Shown piece by piece: positions 45,268 to 55,388 of a stretch of DNA of 64,000 bases (its first letter is position 1; every line of letters starts with the position of its first letter). The position numbers and the translations under genes were made by a program. The notes under the pieces are model-generated. The model was not told the origin of the DNA. It searched no databases and saw only the letters and a program-made list of their open reading frames with translations. The DNA is from an uncultured Bacillales bacterium. Lineage in GTDB: Bacteria > Bacillota_I > Bacilli_A > RF39 > UBA660. The stretch covers positions 435 through 64,434 of the forward strand of contig CAMNCL010000005.1 in the NCBI GenBank assembly GCA_946534345.1, in the 5' to 3' direction.

Positions 45268-46478
45268 TAATTACTACCTCCATTTTTTAAATAATCAATT
45301 AATTTATTATAAGTATCCATTTTTAAACTAGATACAGTGCTTGATATTGTTTGAGGAACTCCGATTCCAATACTTGAAACATCATAACTTCCACCAGTAA
45401 TTCCTGTTCTAAATCCATATCTATCCCAAGCTATTTGTTGTATTTCTTTATCATCAAATGCTTCAAATAACTTTTTACCATTATCATTAAAGTAAGCAAA
45501 GCAATGTGAATTCCAAATAGTTGGAGATGGATAAAGTATTCTTAAATCATCTTTTACTTGTTCAAAGCCATCTTTATTTGAATTAGCAAAATCTATAATA
45601 CTCTTTTCATAATCAACAATCATTGGTTGTCCACCCATACCTGTTTTTAAATATCTATCAAATAAATCAGCTGGTGTATTATTCATATATCCTGATTTAA
45701 TATAGAATTGATTTAATTTAGGTAAATTATTTTGAATATTTTCATCTAATACTTGTCCTTCACTTAGAATAGCAAGTAATAATCCATAGTAAGTAGCTCC
45801 TGGTGAAGAAGTAACTGGATCAGTAGAAGCAATATTTATTTTTCCATATAATTCAGGAAGACCAATATCACTCCACTTCTTACCTTCAAGAATATAATTC
45901 ATTAATTTATTCATATCAGTAATGTAGAATACTCCTTCTTTTTCAGTAACTATTCCTTCTTTTACAAAAGCATCTACTATTTTTTTCCAACTATAAATAA
46001 CAATTGGTGTATTAAGAGTAAGGCTTCCTCCACCTACACTATAACGATCAGCTTCACCTAATTCTTTATTAGGAGCTAATTTATAATAATCATAGAATCT
46101 TTGATCTGAAGTAAATAAAGCATCATACTTAGTAACATCAGATGAATGAATATTATAACTAGTATCTCCATTAGCAATCTTTTCAGAAATGGTACTATTA
46201 CCTAGTCCTACTTGTTCACGAATTAATGGCCATAGAACTGTTTTACCATTACTCCAGTTATCAAATACTACATTTAGTTTATATTTCTTTCTTAGTATTT
46301 TTTGAACATCTTCATCGGCTAAGAAATCTTCTTTTCCACCACCAGTAGCAACATAAACGGTAGTAAGTCCTCTAATATTACCATCATTATCAGATCCACC
46401 AGTAAATACTTTTAATCCAACAATTAACAGAACTAAGGCTACAAATATTCCAATACCTATAATTTGTTTCTTATTCAT
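45267..46478 (-). CDS. membrane-anchored periplasmic-binding-protein-like (SBP-like) protein
   Basis: 403 aa with an N-terminal TM helix. STDPVTSSPGATYYGLLLAILSEG is paralogous to SNPVTTNSGASAYLGILTTLAGN in the N-terminal half of the vWA protein at 47105..48718. Confidence 0.6.
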   Translation of the reverse strand: MNKKQIIGIGIFVALVLLIVGLKVFTGGSDNDGNIRGLTTVYVATGGGKEDFLADEDVQKILRKKYKLNVVFDNWSNGKTVLWPLIREQVGLGNSTISEKIANGDTSYNIHSSDVTKYDALFTSDQRFYDYYKLAPNKELGEADRYSVGGGSLTLNTPIVIYSWKKIVDAFVKEGIVTEKEGVFYITDMNKLMNYILEGKKWSDIGLPELYGKINIASTDPVTSSPGATYYGLLLAILSEGQVLDENIQNNLPKLNQFYIKSGYMNNTPADLFDRYLKTGMGGQPMIVDYEKSIIDFANSNKDGFEQVKDDLRILYPSPTIWNSHCFAYFNDNGKKLFEAFDDKEIQQIAWDRYGFRTGITGGSYDVSSIGIGVPQTISSTVSSLKMDTYNKLIDYLKNGGSN

Positions 46479-47097
46479 CTTTTACTTCCTCCTTTTCAGA
46501 ATGTAAATCATCATGATATCCATCTGCTTTAAGTAATGAATTAAATACTTTCATTTCAGCATCCATATCTACTAATTCTTTCTTGTATAGATTAGCCAAT
46601 ATTTTTTTATAAGCTTTATTTATTTCTTTAACCATTTTATCAGTTGAAGCAAAGAACTTTTTACTTTCAGCTGAAGATAATTTTTGATTTTCTATCTCAT
46701 CATATCTATCTACTAATTTAACTGTTATTGGTAAATAGTAATCAAAGAAATTATCTGTTTGATCAACTTTCTTAGGATCTTTAGAAATAGTATCAATTAT
46801 CTTAGTAATTGAATCGTTTATTTCATTTAATTCCTTTTGTATTGACTGATCTTCTATCATAGGGATCATATCTAAAATATGTTTATTCTTACTTTTAGCA
46901 TCTTCTAATACTTGATATAAGCTTCTATTAGTTTCTTTTAGAGTTAATTTATAATCTCCAAATACTAATTCTCCAGCACCAAAAGCAGCTGCTCCTATCA
47001 ATACTGAAGGTAAAATAGGAACTGATAAAGCTAAGTATGGTACAGCGAAAAATGTTCCACCTATTAAGGCTGATACAACTTCTTTATTCTTCATCAT
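46471..47097 (-). CDS. XpaC-like (5-bromo-4-chloroindolyl phosphate hydrolysis family) membrane protein
   Basis: It has two N-terminal TM helices followed by a helical domain. This family classically pairs with TelA/YaaN in Firmicutes. I moved the start to the ATG at 47097, after AGAGGTGA. Confidence 0.55.
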   Translation of the reverse strand: MMKNKEVVSALIGGTFFAVPYLALSVPILPSVLIGAAAFGAGELVFGDYKLTLKETNRSLYQVLEDAKSKNKHILDMIPMIEDQSIQKELNEINDSITKIIDTISKDPKKVDQTDNFFDYYLPITVKLVDRYDEIENQKLSSAESKKFFASTDKMVKEINKAYKKILANLYKKELVDMDAEMKVFNSLLKADGYHDDLHSEKEEVKDE

Positions 47098-47104
47098 ATC
47101 ACCT

Positions 47105-48718
47105 CTAATTGTATCCTCTAACTTCAGTAAATGCATCAACTAAACTCATACTACCATCAAATACTTTTCCGTTTGATAATTTAGCCATTGCATTTAACTG
47201 TCTCTCTTCAGCATTACCAAATTTAATAGAATAAATTGGTATAGTTAATACATTATTTGTATAGTAATACTCCAATGAACCAAAATCGCCAATATTTCCT
47301 GCTCCATCAGTCATAACAATAACTGAAGTATTATACTTAGTTTTATCTTCATCCTTCAATAATTCTAATGCTTCTTGAGCTGCTGGATATAGAGCTGTTC
47401 CTCCACCTGGTTCCCTATTTTTTATTTTTGTAAGTATATCAGCTATTTCTTTTTCACTATGGGCATGCCATGAATAAGTATAATTTGAAGAGAATGGAAT
47501 AACATCAATAATATCTTCTCCTGTGAATTGTAACATATCTTCTGCTGCTCTATCAGTTAAGATATAATCCATCGCATCTCTTAATTCTTCAATTCTTTCT
47601 CCAAACATACTGCCAGAATAATCAAGACAGAATACTACATGTACTGGCTTTCTTAAAGCTTCTTGATAAAGTTTTAAAGCTTCCTTTATAACAGCAGTAG
47701 AAGGATATTTAAGAGGTGAAATATACTTATTAGTATTAATTCCCCAATCTGGATTAAATACTTTTTTATTTGCTTTATCTGTTATTCCTCCATACCATGT
47801 TCTTCTACCCTTACTAGCTAATAAATCTTGACCTTTATTACTTAATAAGAAATTAACAAGTTTATCATAAGTTTCTTTTTTCTTTTCATTCTTTTGATCA
47901 ATATAACCAATTGGACTATCAGAAATAGATACACCATCTACTGGATATATTGCATATAAAGTTTCACCTTTATTCTTTTCTATCTTTTTATTTATATTTA
48001 TAATTGATGATTCATAAGTAAATACTGCTTCATAATCACCCTTAACAAACATCTCTTCTAGATAATCTTCATCTCCAGAAGATCTTTCAAGACCAGTAAA
48101 GAAAGTTTTTAATTTACTTTTTAATTCTTCATTCTTTAACATATCACTAGTTAATACTTCAGGATTACCAGCTAAAGTAGTAAGTATTCCTAAATAAGCA
48201 CTAGCTCCACTATTAGTAGTTACTGGATTAGACATACTGAACTTTAACTTTCCATTTTGAACAGCATCAACAATATCTTTAGTATAAATATCTTTACCTA
48301 CAAACCCTAATTCTTGAGCTTTATTCTTTTTAATACCAAATATTATTGGATTAATACTTGTAGATTTAGTATCTGATATTTTAACTTTATTACTATCTAC
48401 TGCATACATCCAAATAGAATTAGATAACCATACTGCATCAAATTCTTCTCCACTATTAAGACGTTTAGTAATTTTTTGAGTATCATCATATTCAATATCA
48501 ATATCTATATTTTCTTTATCTGCAAACTCCCTTATTTCCGAATCTAACACTTCATTTTCTGAACTAGATATTATACTAAAAATTCTATCAGAATATTGAT
48601 AATCATTATTATCCACATCATATTTAATAGAATCTAAACTAGAAAAAGCTACTAATAATGCTGCGACAATAACAACTATTAACCATCCGTTTTTATCTTT
48701 ATTATTAGAATTCATCAA
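47105..48718 (-). CDS. SBP-like domain fused to a von Willebrand factor A (vWA) domain, membrane anchored
   Basis: 537 aa with an N-terminal TM helix. The C-terminal vWA domain has a MIDAS motif (VVFCLDYSGSM ... VMTDGAGN). The N-terminal ~330 aa are SBP-like. Confidence 0.8.
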   Translation of the reverse strand: MMNSNNKDKNGWLIVVIVAALLVAFSSLDSIKYDVDNNDYQYSDRIFSIISSSENEVLDSEIREFADKENIDIDIEYDDTQKITKRLNSGEEFDAVWLSNSIWMYAVDSNKVKISDTKSTSINPIIFGIKKNKAQELGFVGKDIYTKDIVDAVQNGKLKFSMSNPVTTNSGASAYLGILTTLAGNPEVLTSDMLKNEELKSKLKTFFTGLERSSGDEDYLEEMFVKGDYEAVFTYESSIININKKIEKNKGETLYAIYPVDGVSISDSPIGYIDQKNEKKKETYDKLVNFLLSNKGQDLLASKGRRTWYGGITDKANKKVFNPDWGINTNKYISPLKYPSTAVIKEALKLYQEALRKPVHVVFCLDYSGSMFGERIEELRDAMDYILTDRAAEDMLQFTGEDIIDVIPFSSNYTYSWHAHSEKEIADILTKIKNREPGGGTALYPAAQEALELLKDEDKTKYNTSVIVMTDGAGNIGDFGSLEYYYTNNVLTIPIYSIKFGNAEERQLNAMAKLSNGKVFDGSMSLVDAFTEVRGYN

Positions 48719-48807
48719 ACCAACCTTTCTACGCTATTATGCCTAATAATATTTTATCATTTTTCAACTATCAAAACAATAAAAAAAGTAGTAATTATTT
48801 ACTACTC

Positions 48808-49737
48808 CTAGTCTACATACAATTCTTTAATCAATCTTTTGTTTTTTAGACCATTATTATCATAATCATGATTAATATAAGACCTTTCCTTGTTCAAATC
48901 TATTTCTGATAATTTTACTAGTTCTCCATCATAGAAATAGCCATCTATTATTTCATTATTATGATTAAAGATTAAGAATTTTAAATAGTAATCTCCTACT
49001 TCTACTAATGGTACATGATCAAATTCAAAATGACCAAAGCAATATATTGAACATCCTCCATCTATATTGAAATAATTCTCAATGTCATCATAGTTAAATC
49101 CTATAGGATTAGTTGTAGGGGTATGACCAATTATTCCTAAATATCCTTCTTTACCTATTCTATTTCTACCAATAACATCTCCTAAACCAAACAAAACCGG
49201 TACTCTTATCTCTGATCTTGTCCATACTGCATCGAATACATCTCTATTATTATCCCCTATTTTTAGATTAGCTACTTCTTTAGGATATTCTGGTATTTGA
49301 GCATGTACCAAGTATAGTTTATTTTTATTAATCATCTCTTCAAACTCATGACATATTTTTAAGTCTGCTAAAAAGTCTTTAAATTCTTCACATTTTTCTT
49401 CAAAGTCATCTCGCATATCTAATTCACCTTCAATGACCCATCCACCATTACGCATCCATCTACTGTTTCTATCAAAAACTCTCCCTGTTTGTCTGTCTAA
49501 AAGAGCTTGATACATACTTAACTCATGATTACCAGCCAAATAGTTTATTTTTACTTTACCTTTTCCATTTATTCTTTCTATTACATCTTCAAATATTCTA
49601 AAAGAATTTAATCCTCTATCAATTAAATCTCCATTTATATATAATTCTACTTCATCATCTATATTTTCTAAATATGCCATTATAGAATCATATACTTCTC
49701 CATTACCATGTAAATCACTAACTATAAATTTTCTCAT
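48808..49737 (-). CDS. PPP-family metallophosphoesterase (PrpE/ApaH-like Ser/Thr phosphatase)
   Basis: SDLHGN, NGDLIDRG and AGNHE motifs occur in the canonical order. Confidence 0.85.
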   Translation of the reverse strand: MRKFIVSDLHGNGEVYDSIMAYLENIDDEVELYINGDLIDRGLNSFRIFEDVIERINGKGKVKINYLAGNHELSMYQALLDRQTGRVFDRNSRWMRNGGWVIEGELDMRDDFEEKCEEFKDFLADLKICHEFEEMINKNKLYLVHAQIPEYPKEVANLKIGDNNRDVFDAVWTRSEIRVPVLFGLGDVIGRNRIGKEGYLGIIGHTPTTNPIGFNYDDIENYFNIDGGCSIYCFGHFEFDHVPLVEVGDYYLKFLIFNHNNEIIDGYFYDGELVKLSEIDLNKERSYINHDYDNNGLKNKRLIKELYVD

Positions 49738-49784
49738 ATACCCCTCCTAGAACTATGTATTTTAATGCAAAAAAAGACTATTGT

Positions 49785-50630
49785 CTAGTCTTTATATTCA
49801 TATTTAGAACTTAATTTTTCTTCCAATAATTCTGGTTTGTTTGCTATTTCTTGAGCCATATTAACACTCTTAGCAAAATAGAAGCCATCTGCTATTCTCT
49901 CATCTAGAGTAAATGTTATATCTACCATTCTTTTACCATTAATTTTTTTAATAGTACCAATAGTAATAACAATTGAGTTAGTACCATATTCATTTAAATG
50001 ATGATAACAAGAATTAGATTTAATACTACCTAGATTACTAAATATAACAGTAGAATAATTAGTATCTCCTTCAGTAATAAATTTAGGATTCCAACCATGT
50101 CTATCTAAGAATTTAACAAATTTAACTATTAATCCTAATAACCATTTAGGTAGATTAGTGAATATTTTTAATGTATCATCAAAATCATTCTTACCTTCAT
50201 TTTTTGATTTAAACACATCAATTGCCATTTTATGACTCATATCTAAAGCATTATCTTTAGGATCTAATTCTAGACAAATAATTTTTTCATCAGCATTATC
50301 AGTCATTTTATCTTTAGCGATGAATGCAAAAGTAATCTTATCTCTTTCATATAATCTTTTGTTTTGAATAAATCTATTTAATCTATTACGATTAAAAAAT
50401 ACCTTTCCAAAGCAAGCTAAAATTGCATGAAAATAAGTCATTTTATACTCTAAATTACCACTTTTATTTTGTTTATCTACCCAAGAACATAATTCTTCTA
50501 AATCAAAATCTATTGTGCTTGAGACTTCAGCTTGTGTTCTTTTATCAAATATAAATGGAAATAATACTGCGATTGAGCCTTGTGGTTTAATATATTTTCC
50601 ATCTCTTCTATCTTTACTAAATAATCCCAT
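49785..50630 (-). CDS. 2-oxoacid dehydrogenase E2 catalytic-domain-like (CAT-fold) acyltransferase homologue
   Basis: 281 aa with no lipoyl domain. The C-terminal LDERIADGFYFAKS aligns with the DHRxxDG active-site motif, with Glu in place of His. Confidence 0.5.
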   Translation of the reverse strand: MGLFSKDRRDGKYIKPQGSIAVLFPFIFDKRTQAEVSSTIDFDLEELCSWVDKQNKSGNLEYKMTYFHAILACFGKVFFNRNRLNRFIQNKRLYERDKITFAFIAKDKMTDNADEKIICLELDPKDNALDMSHKMAIDVFKSKNEGKNDFDDTLKIFTNLPKWLLGLIVKFVKFLDRHGWNPKFITEGDTNYSTVIFSNLGSIKSNSCYHHLNEYGTNSIVITIGTIKKINGKRMVDITFTLDERIADGFYFAKSVNMAQEIANKPELLEEKLSSKYEYKD

Positions 50631-50671
50631 AGTATCACCTTTTTCATTATAACAAAAAAGTAGAGAAATCT

Positions 50672-51739
50672 CTACTTATATTCTTTCTTTACAGGAGCAA
50701 GTGCTGGTTTATTTTGTTTATTTGTAACTATCCAAGCATTTGATACAGTTCTTCCTCCATATTCAGCTCCAGCTGATGGTCTATTCCATAGTTTACCTTC
50801 AATACTCATAGTAGAAGATGCTCCACCATCTAAGTTAGCAGCATTATATGCTTTATATCTTACTAAGATATCAATAACATCATTTAATGTAGCTCCTACA
50901 CTATATCCTGGTAATCTACCTTCAATAATTAGGAATAATACTACTCCATCTTTTCTTTGAGCAATTACACTACGAGGTGCAGTTCCCCAACCACCATCAC
51001 CATGGATCTTACTAGTTTTACCATTAACTATTAAGAATGGTCCAAATTCTACTGCAGCTTCCATTCCATTCGCAATAGCTTCTTTTGGAGTTTCATAAGT
51101 TAAATACATTTTATGATCTTTAGTGAAACCAATTAATCCTCCAGATCCACCAGAATGAGTCCAGATAAGTTTACTATCTTGAATAATAGCTCCATATGGA
51201 ATAGAACCATTACCCCAACCATCTAAATCTTCAAATCCTCCACCATTAATACCTACTAAAGCATCATTATTAAGAACTAATTTATTAACAGATTGACCGG
51301 CTTTACCAAGTTTATTACTAACAGCTAATTCAACATTACTAGGATCATAAATACCTATTAACCAACCCTTAAACTTAGGTTCATTTATTCTAATAGTTTT
51401 ATAAATATCATTACCTTTATCTTTAGTAAATAACTCTCTTTCATATTTATTAGAATAATGTTTCTTAGTACCATCACTAATAACTATATCATCTAAATTA
51501 ATCTTTTCAGTATTCTTTTCAATATAGTTTTCACTCATAACTTTATTAACTACATCTTCATCATATAAAGTATAAGCTAAATATTTGTGAGACATAGTAG
51601 TCATTGCGGTAGGTATCCAAAAACTCTTAAATCTATAATTATGAATAACTAATAATCCTGCAATAACTGATAAGTCTAAGAAAAAGACAAATACCGTAAA
51701 TAAACTAATTTTTAAACGAATTTTTCTTTTCTTTTTCAT
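50672..51739 (-). CDS. phosphodiester glycosidase (NAGPA-like) family protein, membrane anchored, paralogue 1
   Basis: GINGGGFED, FGPFLIVNGK and APRSVIAQRKDGVVLFLIIEGR...AANLDGGASSTM match the NAGPA/DUF2233-type family. Confidence 0.75.
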   Translation of the reverse strand: MKKKRKIRLKISLFTVFVFFLDLSVIAGLLVIHNYRFKSFWIPTAMTTMSHKYLAYTLYDEDVVNKVMSENYIEKNTEKINLDDIVISDGTKKHYSNKYERELFTKDKGNDIYKTIRINEPKFKGWLIGIYDPSNVELAVSNKLGKAGQSVNKLVLNNDALVGINGGGFEDLDGWGNGSIPYGAIIQDSKLIWTHSGGSGGLIGFTKDHKMYLTYETPKEAIANGMEAAVEFGPFLIVNGKTSKIHGDGGWGTAPRSVIAQRKDGVVLFLIIEGRLPGYSVGATLNDVIDILVRYKAYNAANLDGGASSTMSIEGKLWNRPSAGAEYGGRTVSNAWIVTNKQNKPALAPVKKEYK

Positions 51740-51743
51740 TCAT

Positions 51744-53090
51744 TCACCCCATTATATATGGATTATCAACAGTTCCTTTTCCATCTTTTATAATATTTTT
51801 ATTGATTGTAATAACTGGAATAATATGTTTTTCTTCAGTAATTTCTTCTTCAGCTATTAATCCATTCTTAAATTTAATATATTGAAGATCACCTTGATAA
51901 GTATTTATTAAATAAATATCATCAAAATTATTATCGTCATAATCAAACATGTTTAATAAACCAACTTTACAATTAACTTTATCTTTATAAATATTATTAT
52001 ATGAATAACCCGCTTCTATACTTAATTCTCCTATATAATAATCATTATTTATAATTGAATCTTTATAACTTAAACTATTTAAATAACTATTGTTTAAATA
52101 TACTGCTAGTCCATTCCAATCTTCTAAATCAAATGACTTTTCTTTCTTACTAAATCTATATTTAAACTCTTTATTATCTACTTTTATATAATCTGTCTTT
52201 ACTAATCTTAATAACTCATTATCTTCTTTATATACTTTCCAAGTATCATTACCTAGTTTAACAATAGAATTAATATAATTTGTATTTTTACCTTGATCAA
52301 TAGTATAAGGATTATCTACAGTACCATCTCCATATGCTGAAATAATATTCTTCTTTAGAGTTATTACTGCTCTTACACCATATCCACTTAAATTATCACT
52401 TTCTGATACTGTTCCATCATCTTCTACATATAATGTGGATTTATCACTATTTAAACCTAATATATAGAAGATTTTACCAGTATTTAAATAACTATTTTTT
52501 CCATTAGCTATTACATAATCATTAATACCTAATGTAGTAACATAAGAATCATATGTCTTTTTAGATTTAAGTACTTTATCATCCTTTAGGATATCTTCAG
52601 AGTATTTAGTCTTTACTAAGAATTTATCAATATTAGGAATAGTATTATAATAAATACCTGAATTTTCTTGATCAGTTTTATCTAACCAATTATTTAAATT
52701 AGATTTTAAATAAGTAGTATCTTCTCCCCACATAAATGACCCTACTGTATTATCTGTGATTAATTTAATAGAACCATCATTATTAATTCTTATAACTCGA
52801 TATAATCTATTTGCGAATCTTACATAATTATTATTAACATGGCCTTTAAAATAATGTCCTTCTTTATCTTGATGAAAGCCATCTCCAGTTGAGACTAATT
52901 TATTACTATTAATAATAACTTCAGATAGATTTTGATTATTACCTTCATGAGCTATATTTTGTTTACTATAATAATAGAGACTACGATATCCAAAATATAT
53001 TCCTATACCCATAACAATTAATAAACTAAATATATTGAATAAGAATTCTCCTCTAGTATATAGATGTCTTCGTTTATTTTTCTTTGCCAT
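51744..53090 (-). CDS. hypothetical single-pass membrane protein with two G-x-G-T-V-D-N-P-Y motifs
   Basis: It has an N-terminal TM helix and a large extracytoplasmic region. The motifs are GDGTVDNPYTI and GKGTVDNPYIMG, the second at the C-terminus. I moved the start to the ATG at 53090, after GGAGAA. Confidence 0.6.
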   Translation of the reverse strand: MAKKNKRRHLYTRGEFLFNIFSLLIVMGIGIYFGYRSLYYYSKQNIAHEGNNQNLSEVIINSNKLVSTGDGFHQDKEGHYFKGHVNNNYVRFANRLYRVIRINNDGSIKLITDNTVGSFMWGEDTTYLKSNLNNWLDKTDQENSGIYYNTIPNIDKFLVKTKYSEDILKDDKVLKSKKTYDSYVTTLGINDYVIANGKNSYLNTGKIFYILGLNSDKSTLYVEDDGTVSESDNLSGYGVRAVITLKKNIISAYGDGTVDNPYTIDQGKNTNYINSIVKLGNDTWKVYKEDNELLRLVKTDYIKVDNKEFKYRFSKKEKSFDLEDWNGLAVYLNNSYLNSLSYKDSIINNDYYIGELSIEAGYSYNNIYKDKVNCKVGLLNMFDYDDNNFDDIYLINTYQGDLQYIKFKNGLIAEEEITEEKHIIPVITINKNIIKDGKGTVDNPYIMG

Positions 53091-53177
53091 AATCATATTC
53101 TCCATCTTAAAAAATTATACCAAATAAAAAGAATAAGTACAAGACTTACTCTTCATTTTATATTCTTCTAAAATACA

Positions 53178-54224
53178 TTATTTAACTACCCAGAAGGTAG
53201 ACATATCTCTTAAACCATTAGATCCTCCAGCAACTGGAGTATTAATTATTTTATTATTAATTACTAGTTCGGATGAAGATCCACCATCTAAATTAGCAGC
53301 ATTATATGCACCATAATTTTCCATTACATCACATAAATCTACCATATCAGCACCAATACTTGTAGTTAGTCGACCATTTATTACTAAGAATAGTACTATT
53401 CCATCTTGTCTTTGTCCAATAGCAGTTCTAGGAGCTATTCCCCAACCACCATTACCACGAATGAAACTTCTTTTTCCATTAACTATTAAGAATGGTCCAA
53501 ACTCTACAGCATCACGAATACCCATACTCATTGCTTTTTCTTTACTCATGTTTCCTAAAACAAGTTTATTCTCATCAGTAAAACCAATAAATCCTCCACC
53601 CATACGAGCATCATAATAATCACTAACAACTTTTCCATTAGATATTACAGTTCCATGTGGAAGAGCTCCATTACTATTCCAATCAGGATCATAGAATCCT
53701 CCAGCATTCATTGCAATAATAGCCTTTTCTCTTTTACTAACTGTTAGAATAGATTCTCCAGCTACTCCTAACTTAGAAGTAGTTGCGATTGAAACTCTAG
53801 ATGGATCATAGATTGCGACTAAATAACCTTGATAACCCTTTCCAGAAATATTAATTAATTTGTATAAATCATTACCTGGGTCTTTAGATAATATTTCTTT
53901 CTCATACTTATTACGATAAATAGTAGTGGTATATTTTCTAAACTTAATCATATCTGGATTAGTAATTTCATCAACCTCAATAATACTATTTTGTTTTAAT
54001 ACTTTTTGAATATATTCATCACTATATAAAGCTGTAGCCAAATACTGATGAGACATAGTAGTCATAGCACTTGTAATCCAAAACTCTTTAAAACTATTAA
54101 TTGGTCCATAAAAAAGAAATAAAAAAACAGAAAAACCCAGAATATATGTTATACATATTCCAGCAATTACTTTTCTACCAAAAGGCCATCTATATTTATT
54201 TATTTTCTTTTTTTTATTAAACAT
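53178..54224 (-). CDS. phosphodiester glycosidase (NAGPA-like) family protein, membrane anchored, paralogue 2
   Basis: It has the same block structure as 50672..51739: MNAGGFYD, FGPFLIVNGK, APRTAIGQRQDGIVLFLVINGR...AANLDGGSSSEL. Confidence 0.75.
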   Translation of the reverse strand: MFNKKKKINKYRWPFGRKVIAGICITYILGFSVFLFLFYGPINSFKEFWITSAMTTMSHQYLATALYSDEYIQKVLKQNSIIEVDEITNPDMIKFRKYTTTIYRNKYEKEILSKDPGNDLYKLINISGKGYQGYLVAIYDPSRVSIATTSKLGVAGESILTVSKREKAIIAMNAGGFYDPDWNSNGALPHGTVISNGKVVSDYYDARMGGGFIGFTDENKLVLGNMSKEKAMSMGIRDAVEFGPFLIVNGKRSFIRGNGGWGIAPRTAIGQRQDGIVLFLVINGRLTTSIGADMVDLCDVMENYGAYNAANLDGGSSSELVINNKIINTPVAGGSNGLRDMSTFWVVK

Positions 54225-54226
54225 AA

Positions 54227-54793
54227 TTAGTCCTCTTTGCCTTCTATTTTATTATCTCCATTATAATCAATATAATCTCTTTTAGTCTTATATTTATCAA
54301 TAATTAAAGTAGATTTTTTACTTTCTTGATCTTTATTATATTTATCAACATTCTTATTATATACAGCAATATCCCCTACAAAATAATTATTTACTTGTTC
54401 ATAAATACTTTTATAATTAGAACATTTAGTATTAGTTTCCATATCAGGATAATATACATCTTTACATAAATCATTTAGCTTTAAAGTAGTCTTTTCTAAT
54501 TCATCAACTAAGTTTTCATAGTTAGATAGTTTTTCTTTTACTTTTTCATCATCTTTATAAAAAGTATCATAATAAACATTACTCAATACTTTATTGTATA
54601 ATTCATCTCTAACATTTTCAAAAACAGTTGTATTAGTACTTAACACTTCAAATTCATTATTGACAACTGATATTCTCTTTTGTGTTTCTAATCTATCTTC
54701 TTTTAAACCCAATACAAAAGAAGATACTCCTCCTGCCATTATCATTATAAAACTAAGTGTCATCAATACATGTGCTAGTTTAGTACCATTCAT
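54227..54793 (-). CDS. hypothetical single-pass membrane protein
   Basis: It has a TM helix (VLMTLSFIMIMAGGVSSFVLGL) followed by a helical Asn/Lys/Tyr-rich domain. I moved the start to the ATG at 54793 (MNGTK), after AGGTGA. Confidence 0.55.
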   Translation of the reverse strand: MNGTKLAHVLMTLSFIMIMAGGVSSFVLGLKEDRLETQKRISVVNNEFEVLSTNTTVFENVRDELYNKVLSNVYYDTFYKDDEKVKEKLSNYENLVDELEKTTLKLNDLCKDVYYPDMETNTKCSNYKSIYEQVNNYFVGDIAVYNKNVDKYNKDQESKKSTLIIDKYKTKRDYIDYNGDNKIEGKED

Positions 54794-54887
54794 ATTATCA
54801 CCTATATTAATTTTAACAAAGCATATGTAAAATGTACATAAATACAAAAAAAGAAAGAGCAAGTTTACTCTTTCCTTTACACATTAT

Positions 54888-55373
54888 TTACTTCACAATA
54901 TTCTTTCTTTCACTCTTAGATAGTTTCTCAATTGTATAATCTGTGGCATCTTGTAGACTTCCACCCTTAAATTGAGCAACTACTTTAGAACTATCTTCTG
55001 GTGAAATATCAGTATAATGAACTACTACTCCTTTTTCACCAAATTTTAATCTTAAATATCCTGAAGCTGATTCTTCTCCTTTGTTAGTTACAGTACACTC
55101 AATTCTACCTTCGCTTTCTGTACTATATACTGTAACATCAGTAATACAAATAGTATCTAAACAATGTTCTGCTTTTAATTCATCAGTAGATATTTCTTTT
55201 GTACCTGGAAGTTCAACTACCTTATCTTCAAAAATATATTCGTTACCCATATTTTCTACTTCATTTTGAAGTTTTTTACTAGTTAGAGCAACTATTATTA
55301 TAGCAAGTAAGAAGGCTAGAACAGTAGCGAACAGTATTAATGAATCTTTATTTTCTTTAACAAATTTTTCCAT
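54888..55373 (-). CDS. hypothetical single-pass membrane protein with small beta-rich ectodomain
   Basis: 161-aa ORF, 15 nt downstream of the giant pilin-like gene. It has a TM helix (LILFATVLAFLLAIIIVAL). Confidence 0.55.
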   Translation of the reverse strand: MEKFVKENKDSLILFATVLAFLLAIIIVALTSKKLQNEVENMGNEYIFEDKVVELPGTKEISTDELKAEHCLDTICITDVTVYSTESEGRIECTVTNKGEESASGYLRLKFGEKGVVVHYTDISPEDSSKVVAQFKGGSLQDATDYTIEKLSKSERKNIVK

Positions 55374-55388
55374 ATATTTTACCCCTTT

